This document shows, piece by piece, positions 36,732-46,853 of a DNA stretch of 64,000 bases. The translations under genes and the position numbers were made by a program. The stretch spans positions 64,001-128,000 of the forward strand of contig JBGSMD010000063.1 of NCBI GenBank assembly GCA_041740355.1. Reading direction: 5' to 3'. Origin of the DNA: Bdellovibrionota bacterium. GTDB lineage: Bacteria; Bdellovibrionota_C; UBA2361; CALJRW01. The notes beneath the pieces are model-generated. The model searched no databases, was not told the origin of the DNA, and worked only from the letters and a program-made list of their open reading frames with translations. How positions within the stretch are numbered: the first letter of the stretch is position 1; each line of letters opens with the position of its first letter.

Positions 36732-37310
36732 TTAGTTCGACTCAACCTTTTGCATTTTCTTCATGTGGATTTGATAAAGCTCTTCTTTGCCATAATCTTC
36801 TAACTCACGTGAGCGACTCATTAAGGTTTCTTTATCTTCAATATAAAGTCTTGGATCCGGATGGTGGACTTCGGGGTGAAGTCCCGTGTCCATTCGAATG
36901 GCATCTACTGGGCAGGCTTCCACACAAAAACCACAATAGATACAAAGCAAAGTATCAATCTCATATCGTCTCGGGAACTTTTCAATTTCAGGATCATCGT
37001 GCTCTGCCGCTTCAATGTAAATACACTTTGCCGGACAAGCAGTTGCACAAAGAAAACAGGAGGTACATTTAACACTACCTTCCGATGTAAGAGTTAAACG
37101 ATGACGACCCCGATATCGCTCTGGGTAATCACGGCGCTCATTGGGATATTGAATCGCAACATCAGCAGCAATATTTTTGGCGAGACCAACTGTATGTAAG
37201 ACATGTAAGGAAAAATTCTTAGCAAGCTTGGTGAAAGTGAAGGCAACACCCTTAGCTACCTCAATCAGGTAGATCTTTTCCCAAAAATTCATTTCTTCAC
37301 GACGTCTCAT
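36732..37310 (-). CDS. nuoI: NADH-quinone oxidoreductase subunit I
   Basis: QYP...RYRGRH, two CxxCxxCxxxCP clusters. Confidence 0.93.
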   Translation of the reverse strand: MRRREEMNFWEKIYLIEVAKGVAFTFTKLAKNFSLHVLHTVGLAKNIAADVAIQYPNERRDYPERYRGRHRLTLTSEGSVKCTSCFLCATACPAKCIYIEAAEHDDPEIEKFPRRYEIDTLLCIYCGFCVEACPVDAIRMDTGLHPEVHHPDPRLYIEDKETLMSRSRELEDYGKEELYQIHMKKMQKVESN

Positions 37311-37379
37311 AAGGCAAATTTATAGCCTATTTTTTAAGTGGGAACAACAAGCTCTGGAACATGCAATTAATAAGAATTC

Positions 37380-39533
37380 TTAAAATTCTTGATGATGGCT
37401 CTTGCCTCGGGGCTCGTTCCGATAGGTTCGATCTTTGGGACTTGGCTTACTCGGCTTATGATTTGCTTCTCCTCGTAATAATCCACCAAGCTTCTGTCTC
37501 ACCATTTGAGGCCCATTAGTTTGATACCATTTGGCACTTACTCTAACCCCAAAATGGATCAGTGGGATGAGCTTTGGTTTTTCAGGATCTTTATAAGAAA
37601 CAACATCAAAGGGCATACCACTTACTAAGCGAGTGCCCCGAGGCAAAATGGAACTTCGATCTAAAATCCTTTGTAAATTATCCTGACTTCCCGCGGCGAG
37701 ATAAACAGTGCCTTTGTCAGTTTTTTTAGAACTAAAAAGTGCGTCACAACCAGACCAGATTGATTCTAGGACTGCTTGATGAATTGTCTCGTCCATATGA
37801 CGAATTGGATATTTTTCTAAGTCTAATTTAAATCTGCGAAGTAAAACTTCCTTAAGTTCGGTACAACGTCTCATACTAACAGAGTCAATACCACATTTGG
37901 CTTGTGACTCGGGAGACATGCCAATTGCCGACTGAAATACCAAAGCTTGCGCGATAGCATCAGAATCCTTTTCGTCATCACAAAGTATCTTCCAATCTTT
38001 ACTACTACTATTTACAACACCACCATTTTCTTGAACGACAGCAACATCAATTGCCAAGCGAAGAATTTCGAAATCCTCATAGGCAACAGACTTTTGTTGT
38101 GCCGTGATTAACATCTTTCCAATTCGAACATCCACTGGCAGATTCGCAACAGCCTTTCCTTCTGTTGTAATATGCCCTTTTGGTCCACATAAATTTAAAT
38201 TTTGCAGAACCCTGAAAGTTTCATCCATTCTTTTTTTGGTAATCCTACTTGGAAATGGCAAGCGCTCAATAGCTTCGCGATTTGGCAGAACTGGACTACT
38301 GATTAATCGTAGAAATAAACTTTCCAACCTAGAATTTTGAATATCCGCTGGTGGTTCAGGGTCTAAATAACGATGCGGTGTTTCGCCATGATAAATAAAT
38401 TTTCCCGGATGAGTCCTTCCGGCGCGTCCTTTTTCTTGAGTAAAATTAAATTTAGAAATCGCCATCAATCTTAAACACGGCACGCCATTCTCAACTACAA
38501 TCCGCTTAACTAATCCAGACATAATGACTAAGTCGATATCTGGAATTGTAATACTTGCTTCGGCAACGTTTGTAGCCAAAACAATTTTTGGTACATCATA
38601 TTTCGCCATTGTTCTTTGCTGCTCCGCAGAGGAAAGCTTAGAATGCAGAGGCATAACAGCAGCGGACATCCCTTCTTTCGCTAAGGCGGCATTTATTGCA
38701 GTTTCCATCTGACTAATCTCATGTTTTCCAGGAAGAAAAATGAGCGTATTTTCACCACGCCTCACAGCGTCGACAGCATCCGCTAAAATAGATTTACCTT
38801 TCTCTCTTTCGTCTACTCGAAAAGTTCGACCAGGAACCTTGATCACTGGAGTGGCAAGACCAAAGACTTTTCTCACTTTATCGGTATTCAGTGTTGCCGA
38901 CATAATCACTAATTTAGGCTTAGGGCCTTTAGGATTCTGAAGCTCTTGAAGGAACATGGCTAGTAATGTTTCCATGTACATGTTTTTTTCGTGAGCTTCA
39001 TCAATCACATAAACGGTACCTTGATCCGAACCTCTATGCCCACCTAATTTTTGTGCTAAAAGTAAACCATCTGTTAAATATGTTACCTTACTAAGCGCAT
39101 TGCAGCATTTGCCGAAACCATGCTGAAAGCCGACTTCCTCTCCAAGTTCTGTGCTGTTCTTAGCTGAGACGTAGGTTGCTAAGTTAACAGCCGCCATTCG
39201 ACGAGGTTGTGTCACCACGACTCGATAACCAAGATCGGCCAGAAACATTGGTACTTCGGTGCTTTTCCCAGAACCAGTTTCTGCTTGAATTACAGTCACG
39301 TTATTATTTAATACCGCACGCTGAATTCTGGCTTTGTAGGCCATGATTGGCAGCTCGCCATTTGTTGTAATAGGTTCAATTTTTGGTTTTACAATATCGC
39401 GAGCAGGAAATCGACCTTGGATTTCACGTGGATTTGGGAAAGTAATCCGGGGGATATGATACTGTGTATGTTTAGGCTGATTTCTTTTACTGTCCCTTAG
39501 GGCTCTTCCACCCTGAGTATTAACTCCTGCCAT
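37380..39533 (-). CDS. HrpA/Prp43-like DEAH-box RNA helicase
   Basis: AETGSGKST, TQPRR, DEAHE, MSAT, FLPG, ATNVAEASITI, Q..GRAGR, HA2-like region. Confidence 0.92.
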   Translation of the reverse strand: MAGVNTQGGRALRDSKRNQPKHTQYHIPRITFPNPREIQGRFPARDIVKPKIEPITTNGELPIMAYKARIQRAVLNNNVTVIQAETGSGKSTEVPMFLADLGYRVVVTQPRRMAAVNLATYVSAKNSTELGEEVGFQHGFGKCCNALSKVTYLTDGLLLAQKLGGHRGSDQGTVYVIDEAHEKNMYMETLLAMFLQELQNPKGPKPKLVIMSATLNTDKVRKVFGLATPVIKVPGRTFRVDEREKGKSILADAVDAVRRGENTLIFLPGKHEISQMETAINAALAKEGMSAAVMPLHSKLSSAEQQRTMAKYDVPKIVLATNVAEASITIPDIDLVIMSGLVKRIVVENGVPCLRLMAISKFNFTQEKGRAGRTHPGKFIYHGETPHRYLDPEPPADIQNSRLESLFLRLISSPVLPNREAIERLPFPSRITKKRMDETFRVLQNLNLCGPKGHITTEGKAVANLPVDVRIGKMLITAQQKSVAYEDFEILRLAIDVAVVQENGGVVNSSSKDWKILCDDEKDSDAIAQALVFQSAIGMSPESQAKCGIDSVSMRRCTELKEVLLRRFKLDLEKYPIRHMDETIHQAVLESIWSGCDALFSSKKTDKGTVYLAAGSQDNLQRILDRSSILPRGTRLVSGMPFDVVSYKDPEKPKLIPLIHFGVRVSAKWYQTNGPQMVRQKLGGLLRGEANHKPSKPSPKDRTYRNEPRGKSHHQEF

Positions 39534-39763
39534 ACGACCACTTCCTCTTTACGACAAAACATTTCTAAAAACTCGGTAAGTTTTGAAATGTTTTTGGTTA
39601 AATCTGGAAGAAAAAATCTGCAAGTCTAACCCTACTAAGATTCAATCTTATTAAAAGTTCTATATTGAATATGATCACTAAGCAAGATTTATTATTTTGT
39701 GTTTAGCTAAAAAAAATGTTGACAGAAAAATCAAAAGTTCAAGATTTTAAGTGAATGATTCTT

Positions 39764-39898
39764 TAGTTATGACAAAAAGTAATTTCCAAATATTTCAAAG
39801 GTAGTTTTTTGTCATAACTATATGATATTATTATCCCTCCGGGGGATAGTAAGCCCCAAAAAGTAATTCCAAACAGAAATTACTTTTTAGGCTTACTA
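39764..39898. repeat. Composite two-hairpin repeat, family R2
   Basis: tagttatgacaaaaa/tttttgtcataacta plus tagtaagcc..aaaagtaatt/aattactttt..ggcttacta; homologous to 43004-43146. Confidence 0.85.
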
Positions 39899-39916
39899 AA
39901 TTTGTCCTTGATTAAA

Positions 39917-40807
39917 CTACAAACACTCTTGTAATTTTTTTAGTAACTTCATTGCGGCAACTGGAGTTGGTCCACAGATCAAATGATAACCAACCACATA
40001 ATCTTTGCAAGCAACAGCAATGTCTCGACATAATTTAAAAGAAAACTCTCCAAGATCAGCTTCTGGATCTGCTTCCGCCATCGCAATTAGCTCCGGTGAA
40101 ATTTTAATTCCGGGAACATTTTGAAAAGCCAAAGCATTGCGCCCCTTGCGAAAAGGTAAGAGTCCAAGAAAAAGTGGCACTCCAACTTCGCTAGCTGCTT
40201 TGAAAAAACCAACAGCTTGATCAACATCAAAGACTGGTTGACTGAGTGCATACTGCGCTCCAGCTAATTTTTTCTTTTCTAACTTTCTAAGTTCTGGTCC
40301 TGGGTTGCGAACATTTGGATTCACAACACAACCAGGGATGATAGCCGGCGCACCTTCTAGATCATTCCCGGCTAAATCCTTGCCAGCATTAAGAGTCTTA
40401 ATGGTATCTAGTAATCCCACAGAGTTAACTTCGAACACACCCTTACAATCTTTGTTATCACCAACACTGATCGCATCACCAGTTAGGGCGATAATATGAT
40501 TAACCCCCAAACTACCAGCGGCAAGCAACTCTCCTTGCATGGCAATTAAATTACGATCTCGACAGGAGAGGTTAACCATCGTCTCAACTCCATAACGCTC
40601 TTTAAGTTTAGAAGCGAAGACAATTGGGTTCATCCGCATGCGAGCTAGAGCCGAATCGGTAACATTTAAATAATCAATTTGGCCAAGATACTTATCAAGC
40701 CTAGCAAACACCTCATCTGAGGAAATTCCCCGAGGGGGATTCACTTCTAGGCAGAATAGCTTTTTATTTTCTTGAAAATTTAAGGATTTAGGGGAGAAAT
40801 TGCTCAT
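39917..40807 (-). CDS. metF: Methylenetetrahydrofolate reductase
   Basis: EVNPPRG, NVTDS, SCRDRN, ALTGD, SQPVFD. Confidence 0.9.
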   Translation of the reverse strand: MSNFSPKSLNFQENKKLFCLEVNPPRGISSDEVFARLDKYLGQIDYLNVTDSALARMRMNPIVFASKLKERYGVETMVNLSCRDRNLIAMQGELLAAGSLGVNHIIALTGDAISVGDNKDCKGVFEVNSVGLLDTIKTLNAGKDLAGNDLEGAPAIIPGCVVNPNVRNPGPELRKLEKKKLAGAQYALSQPVFDVDQAVGFFKAASEVGVPLFLGLLPFRKGRNALAFQNVPGIKISPELIAMAEADPEADLGEFSFKLCRDIAVACKDYVVGYHLICGPTPVAAMKLLKKLQECL

Positions 40808-40984
40808 TTCTGAGTAAATAATACAGAGAGGGCGAAAAGTCTATTAGCCACTGATAGTTAGCTATCTGAGTAAATTCTGTTATTTGAAAAAGACCTTAAT
40901 GGAGATTATACTCAAAAAGCATTGTAATCTTCGAAAAATGAAAGTATACAATATGACGTGTCATTTTAAACATTGTGTATTTTC

Positions 40985-41593
40985 ATGAGCTTACAAGTTG
41001 AAGTTTTTTATTCCTTTCAGAGTCCTTACTCTTACCTAGCCTTAGAGTCGATCTATAATCTAGAAAAAAAGTATGATATCGACCTTTTGTGGCAACCATT
41101 TTCTGCTAAAGCTAGCGGTCAACAAGCTCCCTCAGGGATGACTGTCTTGCCTGAAAAGTTCTCCTATCTTATTGAAGATACTAAGAGATTTGCTACTAAG
41201 ATGAATTTACCGCTGGAATTTCCAGAAAATTGGCCTAATGAAGAATTCGATCCAGGTCGAGTTTGTCGTGGAGCACTCGTTGCAAACGATCTTGGTGTCC
41301 TAATGGAATATAACTATAAAGTTTTTCAGTGTTGGTGGGGAGAAGGTCGCGATCCAAATACAGACGAATTTACTTCTGAACTATGTGAAGACTTAGACAT
41401 TGAACTAGGTGATTACATCAGTAAGTCTTCTGCTAGTGAAATCCGTCAAAGACTGAAAGCTATTTACCACCGTGGACGTAAAATGGGTGTATTTGACACT
41501 CCAACTATTGTTATCAACCAAGAAAGATTCTACGGAATCGACAAAGTTCCATATGTTGATGAATATCTTAAATCTCTTAACTTAGGGATTTAA
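40985..41593 (+). CDS. DsbA-like/HCCA isomerase (GST kappa) family protein
   Basis: FYSFQSPYSYL, GVFDTPT...ERFYGID. Confidence 0.88.
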   Translation: MSLQVEVFYSFQSPYSYLALESIYNLEKKYDIDLLWQPFSAKASGQQAPSGMTVLPEKFSYLIEDTKRFATKMNLPLEFPENWPNEEFDPGRVCRGALVANDLGVLMEYNYKVFQCWWGEGRDPNTDEFTSELCEDLDIELGDYISKSSASEIRQRLKAIYHRGRKMGVFDTPTIVINQERFYGIDKVPYVDEYLKSLNLGI

Positions 41594-41599
41594 TCGCAC

Positions 41600-42319
41600 G
41601 TGCCCTCCCGAATCTTTGTTAACTCACTTAATAGTTGGCAAAGCGGTGAGGGCATTTTATTATCTAAAGATCAGACACATTACCTTACTAGGGTTCTTCG
41701 CCTTAAGGAATCAGATCAAATTGAAGTGGTTAATAAATCCACTGCCCAAGTATTTTTAGCTGAGCTTCTTCCGGCGGAAAGCACAGCGATCCTTACCTCT
41801 GAAATTTCAAACTCCAAATTTAACACTAAATTAAATCTAATTTTTGCTTACTGCAAAAGTGATAAGAATGAATTAATAATAGAGAAAGGCACGGAACTAG
41901 GAGTTGATAATTTTATTATCTATCAAGCAAAACACTCCATCGCCAAGCTAAGTCCCAATAAGTCAGAACGTTTAGAAAAAATTGCCGAAGCTGCTTCTTG
42001 CCAGAGCAAAAGAAACACCCTACCCAAGATACACTTAGCGGAGAGTCAAACGAAATTACACACAAGCTTACAGGCTTTAACGATTGGAAGATCGCTCTCA
42101 CTAATCGCCTCGTTGGAAGTAAAGCAATTACCCATACCAAACAATATAAGCGACTACTTAACAATTAATTTTGCAGTTGGACCAGAAGGTGATTTCACCA
42201 CAGAGGAGTACAAACTTTTTAAAGATTTTGGATTTCTGCCGATTAGCTTAGGTAGAAATATTCTAAGATCAGAGACAGCCGCAATTGCTGGGATCTCCTA
42301 CATAAATATTCTCAGATAA
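41600..42319 (+). CDS. rsmE: 16S rRNA m3U1498 methyltransferase
   Basis: HYLTRVLRL, EKGTELGV, VGPEGDF, SLGRNILRSETA. Confidence 0.95.
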   Translation: MPSRIFVNSLNSWQSGEGILLSKDQTHYLTRVLRLKESDQIEVVNKSTAQVFLAELLPAESTAILTSEISNSKFNTKLNLIFAYCKSDKNELIIEKGTELGVDNFIIYQAKHSIAKLSPNKSERLEKIAEAASCQSKRNTLPKIHLAESQTKLHTSLQALTIGRSLSLIASLEVKQLPIPNNISDYLTINFAVGPEGDFTTEEYKLFKDFGFLPISLGRNILRSETAAIAGISYINILR

Positions 42320-42321
42320 GA

Positions 42322-42804
42322 TTAAGTTATATTTTGGTAATCTAAAACCTTAAAAAGCTCCTTCATTTTTTGATATCGATAATCAAAAATGTTCTTAAGC
42401 TGATTCTTTACCAACAACTCTCTCGCTATTTGACCAAAGATGCCACAAGGCATTCCATAATGAACTAAATCTTCTACCACCAAGCCTTGATCTGTTTTTC
42501 TAAATGAATGTTGATGGTGCCAAAACTTATAAGGTCCAAAGCGCTGCTCATCTATAAAATACTCCCGATCTTTAACCTGGGTAATTTCCGTCACCCATTG
42601 CATTGGGATTCCAAGTAAAGGATAGACTCGATACTCTATTATCTTGCCAGGATATATTCTTCCATCTTCTGCGCCAGATATAAATTTAAAGTTTAAAAAC
42701 TCAGGTGTAATAATCTTCAGATTCATCGGATTACTAAAGAAGTCCCAAATAGTTTCCAGATCTTCATTTAGGATAAATCTTTCTTTGATCTGATAAATTT
42801 TCAT
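42322..42804 (-). CDS. SRPBCC/START family protein
   Basis: WDFFSNP.NL..ITP, WVTEIT, FIDEQRFGPYKFWHHQH. Confidence 0.9.
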   Translation of the reverse strand: MKIYQIKERFILNEDLETIWDFFSNPMNLKIITPEFLNFKFISGAEDGRIYPGKIIEYRVYPLLGIPMQWVTEITQVKDREYFIDEQRFGPYKFWHHQHSFRKTDQGLVVEDLVHYGMPCGIFGQIARELLVKNQLKNIFDYRYQKMKELFKVLDYQNIT

Positions 42805-43003
42805 AAAATATTGCTTTGATTATAATACTAGCCACTTTACTGATGAATCTTTTCAAATAAAGATTACTTACTAAATTAAGTATCTATGACGTAAGAACTA
42901 GATTAAATTGCACAACTTTTCTTAGATTAGGATATTCAAATTCAATCGCTGTCCAAGTAAATTTGCAAACTGCCAAAAAGTGTATCGCTGCGGATGAGTT
43001 TTA

Positions 43004-43146
43004 TAGTTATGACAAAAACTAATTTCCGAATATTTAAAAATTAGTTTTGTGATTTTTGTCATAACCGTATGATTTTATAACGCTTGCGGGGGATAGTAAG
43101 CCCCAGAAAGTAATTCCTATTGGAAATTCCTTTCTGGACTTACTAT
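43004..43146. repeat. Composite two-hairpin repeat, family R2
   Basis: Homologous to 39764-39898, including the gggggatagtaagcccca linker. Confidence 0.85.
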
Positions 43147-43408
43147 AGTATATTTATTTTGCTCAGATTCTAAGTTTATTTTATAAGGTCTAGAGACTTA
43201 TGCGAACCCCTTGGGTCACATCAAGCACTTTATGCTTGAGATACGAGGCAACCAGATCTTATTAAGGAAAGTTTCAATGTCGCCTAGTATATTCTTGGAT
43301 TTAGACTAAAGCTGGACTATTTGAGCTTAAAAATTAATGTTTGTTAAATATAATGTCGAACAATTATTAGCTTTCAAATTTAACTTAAACGACTTAATAA
43401 ATACAAAA

Positions 43409-43962
43409 ATGAAACTCCAAAACTCTAAAGCTCTAAAGCTCAACATAGATTTACCTTAGTTGAGCTTTTAGTAGTTACTGCAATTATTGGTATCCTAGCC
43501 TCAGTCAGTGTGGCCAACTATGATGAATATAAAGCTAAGGTAAATGATACTCGGGCTGAGTTAACTGGTAGAAATTTAATTACGGCGGGAGAAGTCCACT
43601 TGAATGATTTAAGAGATCTACAATCGACGAATTCCCTGACATCGTCAGTTGCCTATAGCCCAATGGAGGGTAATGAATATTTAACATCAGGAGGACATTC
43701 TCTAGACATCAGATCCCTAATCTCACCAGCCCTACTTCAAGGAAACGATCTATTCTTTAATATGATGGTCGAAATGCGCAGCGCATCTCATGCCGCTAGC
43801 AGTGCAGGATTAAGAGAAAGTATTCTAATTAATATTCTAGCTTGTGGAGGAAATAATCTTTTCCATATGAATCATACGAACTTATATAATCACAATACAA
43901 TTCACCTAGATAGCTCCCCAGGAAGTACAGTTCCGGCATTAAGATCTATGTTCTGCGGTTAG
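43409..43962 (+). pseudogene. Type IV pilin/pseudopilin gene, frameshifted in its leader
   Basis: FTLVELLVVTAIIGILASVSV is in frame with track ORF 43510..43962, but ATG 43409 is out of frame by one ctctaaag unit. Confidence 0.8.
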
Positions 43963-44071
43963 TTTCTAAATAGCTTGTATTGTTAAGTTATTTTAAAGAT
44001 CGATAATTTTACCTCTCTAACGACTTGTAAATAGGTATTAAATTTGCTAATTATCCCAGTCTACAAAGTTT

Positions 44072-44144
44072 GCCCAGATAGCTCAGTTGGTAGAGCAAAG
44101 GACTGAAAATCCTTGTGTCGACGGTTCGATCCCGCCTCTGGGCA
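44072..44144 (+). tRNA. tRNA-Phe(GAA), CCA not encoded
   Basis: Acceptor gcccaga/tctgggc, anticodon arm aagga-ctgaaaa-tcctt, ttcgatc T loop. Confidence 0.95.
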
Positions 44145-44590
44145 CTTTTTCACAATTTTATTGTGAAAAAGTGCATAGCTATTTTCGTAGAAAATAGCTG
44201 GGCCATACATCTAAAGGATGTTGCATAATAATTTTGAGTCATAGATACAGTCTTTTTCTTAACCTAATTCTCAAAATTATTGGGCTACTTTCGCCTAGCG
44301 AAATAAAGTGCATAGTAATTTTCTGAAAGAAAATTACTGGGCAATTACCAGAATGGTGTTGCATAGCTATTTTCGAAGAAAATTACTGGGCAATTACCAG
44401 AATGGTGTTGCATAGCTATTTTCGAAGAAAATAGCTGGGCATTATCCGAAGGATAATGTTTAGTAGTTCTTCCTAAAACTACTAAACCCGAGCACCGCGA
44501 GGGTTAATAATTCTGATCTCAGAATTATTAAGCAATCATCCGCAGGATGATGCTAAGTAGTTTAAGGAAAAGCTACTTGGCACCGAGTTC
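44139..44590. repeat. tRNA-linked array of alternating hairpins
   Basis: TGGGC at 44139/44199/44281/44338/44387/44436 and TGCATA at 44172/44222/44309/44360/44409, each separated by a palindrome. Confidence 0.85.
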
Positions 44591-44724
44591 TTTAAAATTC
44601 AAAAGAAAACACTGAACCCTAAGCAAACATAATCTAACCCCACTTGCTCAAAACCTACTAATAATAACGACTAGGTACTACCTCACCCCTTTTTCCTCCC
44701 CCACTCTTGCGCTATGCTACCCCC

Positions 44725-45735
44725 ATGTCCTCTAAAGAAATAATTGAAAAAATTAAAGTGCTGGCAACTCAACCAACACCCCCTCGACAAATCGCAATAA
44801 TTGCTAGCGATCGCATACTCCGAGAACGCACATTAAATAGCTTTGCGGAAGAACTAAAACTCCAAGCAGAGGGTAAATGGAAATATGATATTAAGCGAAT
44901 TAAATTATCTCAAGCCAAAGACCAGGATTTAAAAACTTTTATCTTTGAATCTAATGCCCAATCTTTTTTTTCTAAGAAACAAATTTTCTTAATTGAAGAA
45001 CTAGAAAAAGTTAGCGGTCCACAAACAGATATTTTGCTAAGCTTATTTAAGCAAAGACAAACTGAAAATTATTACTTTTTTCTGGGCACCGGGTTACTCA
45101 GTACTAGTCGTTTAATGAAGCAATTTAAAGAGCAGAACTCTGTAATCACACTGCCCAATTTGAAACTGCCGGAATTTAAAAATTGGATCAAAGGAGAGTT
45201 TAATTCTAAAAATCTTTTGCCTGAGCCTAGAGTGATTGATCATCTAGCTCAAAGCTGTGAGCTTTTAACTGACATCGCCCTAGCTAAGATTGAGCAACTA
45301 GAATTATTTGCAGATACTCAGAAAATCACACTTAGTATGGCAGAAGATCTTTTTCCAAGTGAGCTAGCTTTAAAGAAGTTTGCTTGGTTAGATGCCATCT
45401 CCTCTGGCAACAAGCTATTAGCTCAAAAGCTTGTTAGTCAAGCACTGTCTGAAGGTAAAGAAGCACTAGGGCTGACTGCACTTATTCAAGGTAATTACTT
45501 AAATTATTATTTAATTATCTCCCTTCGAAATCAGGGTTACTCTCAACAACAAATTAAAGCTTCCTTGAAAATAGAACCCTGGCTTTTCGATTTACAATAT
45601 TCCACAGCTTCCCAAAAAGACTTAAAAAGATTAATTAAAGACTTAAAAGTACTCGTACTCGCTGATAGTAAATTAAAAAATAAGTCTCTAGGTAGCGAAG
45701 CTGTTTTGCACGAACTAATTAATTCTTTATCTTAA
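44725..45735 (+). CDS. holA: DNA polymerase III delta subunit
   Basis: SFFSKK segment, EKL/EQLELF helix, C-terminal 'ADSKLK...LHELI'; size and context. Confidence 0.75.
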   Translation: MSSKEIIEKIKVLATQPTPPRQIAIIASDRILRERTLNSFAEELKLQAEGKWKYDIKRIKLSQAKDQDLKTFIFESNAQSFFSKKQIFLIEELEKVSGPQTDILLSLFKQRQTENYYFFLGTGLLSTSRLMKQFKEQNSVITLPNLKLPEFKNWIKGEFNSKNLLPEPRVIDHLAQSCELLTDIALAKIEQLELFADTQKITLSMAEDLFPSELALKKFAWLDAISSGNKLLAQKLVSQALSEGKEALGLTALIQGNYLNYYLIISLRNQGYSQQQIKASLKIEPWLFDLQYSTASQKDLKRLIKDLKVLVLADSKLKNKSLGSEAVLHELINSLS

Positions 45736-45745
45736 ACATCGACTA

Positions 45746-46666
45746 ATGATCAATTTTGGAAAACTCCTGCTGTTTGCATTTATCCTAATTACTCAACAAG
45801 CTTGTGCTCAATATTCCAAACAAGAGATACAACAAGCTAAGGTAACAACTCTAAGTTACGAACAAAAACTCAAAACTCTTCCTACCCTCCCTAAAGGTTA
45901 TAACTTTAAAGGGTGGAATTATGTTGCCGCTCGGTTAATTCAAGATGGCGTACCAGAAAGAGAAGTTATTAAATTCTATACTCACCCGAAGCTTCCTAGA
46001 TTTGAACCAGTAACTTTTAGTTTGAAACCGAAGGAAGGTGCGGGGATGTATCAGGGGTTTCTTAGTAAAAAGAACTTTGCCTTAGGAAGACAATTTATTA
46101 ACGAGAACAAAAGAATCTTTGACCGAGTAACTAGCAAGTATCAAGTTCCCGCCGAAGTAATCGCTGCAATACTCCTCGTAGAATCGTATTATGGCAAAAA
46201 CACTGGAAAGGAAGTGATTGCTTACCGCCTGTCACGTTTAGCTAACATTAGTGATCCAATAAATTTAAAGCAAAATTTAGTCCGATTAAAGAAGGATGAC
46301 CGCCGGGTTACTTGGGAACAAGTAGTTAACCGTGCTCAGTACTTAGAAAATACCTTTTTACCAGAAATTATTGCGGCTTTTGATATTTGTAAGGTCAATA
46401 ATATCGACCCTTTTGATTTTCTAGGATCCTCAGCAGGAGCCTTTGGTTGGGCACAGTTCTTACCTAGTTCCTATCTAAAATATGCAGTTGATTTTGATGG
46501 TGACGGCAAGCGTTCCCTTTACAACAAAGCTGATGCAATTGCCTCGGTCGCTAATTATTTTCAGGCTCATGGCTGGGGTAAATTACCTGATCATGATGTT
46601 ATCTGGAAATATAATAAGAGCGAACCTTATATTAAAACAGTATTAGGGCTAGCTAAAGGATTTTAG
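45746..46666 (+). CDS. mltB: Lytic murein transglycosylase B
   Basis: YQVP..VIAAIL.VES.YG, GSSAGAFGWAQFLPSSY, VDFDGDG, DAIASVANY. Confidence 0.92.
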   Translation: MINFGKLLLFAFILITQQACAQYSKQEIQQAKVTTLSYEQKLKTLPTLPKGYNFKGWNYVAARLIQDGVPEREVIKFYTHPKLPRFEPVTFSLKPKEGAGMYQGFLSKKNFALGRQFINENKRIFDRVTSKYQVPAEVIAAILLVESYYGKNTGKEVIAYRLSRLANISDPINLKQNLVRLKKDDRRVTWEQVVNRAQYLENTFLPEIIAAFDICKVNNIDPFDFLGSSAGAFGWAQFLPSSYLKYAVDFDGDGKRSLYNKADAIASVANYFQAHGWGKLPDHDVIWKYNKSEPYIKTVLGLAKGF

Positions 46667-46853
46667 ATAAACTTTCAGCCTTTTGCGGGTCTCGAAAGAA
46701 AAAATTGTTAAAATACTCGCGGTAAGACTTGTACACCTGCGTTTTTACCCTTTTTTTCTTTCGACTGCCACTCAAACTCTAAACGGATATTTTATTGATT
46801 TCTTGTGCAAAAAGATACTGTAAACATGTTATTTTTCTTGCTATACTTTTTTT

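Noticed and set aside
44172-44440. CRISPR array (palindromic ~31-bp repeat with short spacers)
   Set aside because: The 'spacers' are short, themselves palindromic and two are identical; repeats vary by compensatory changes; no cas genes in the window
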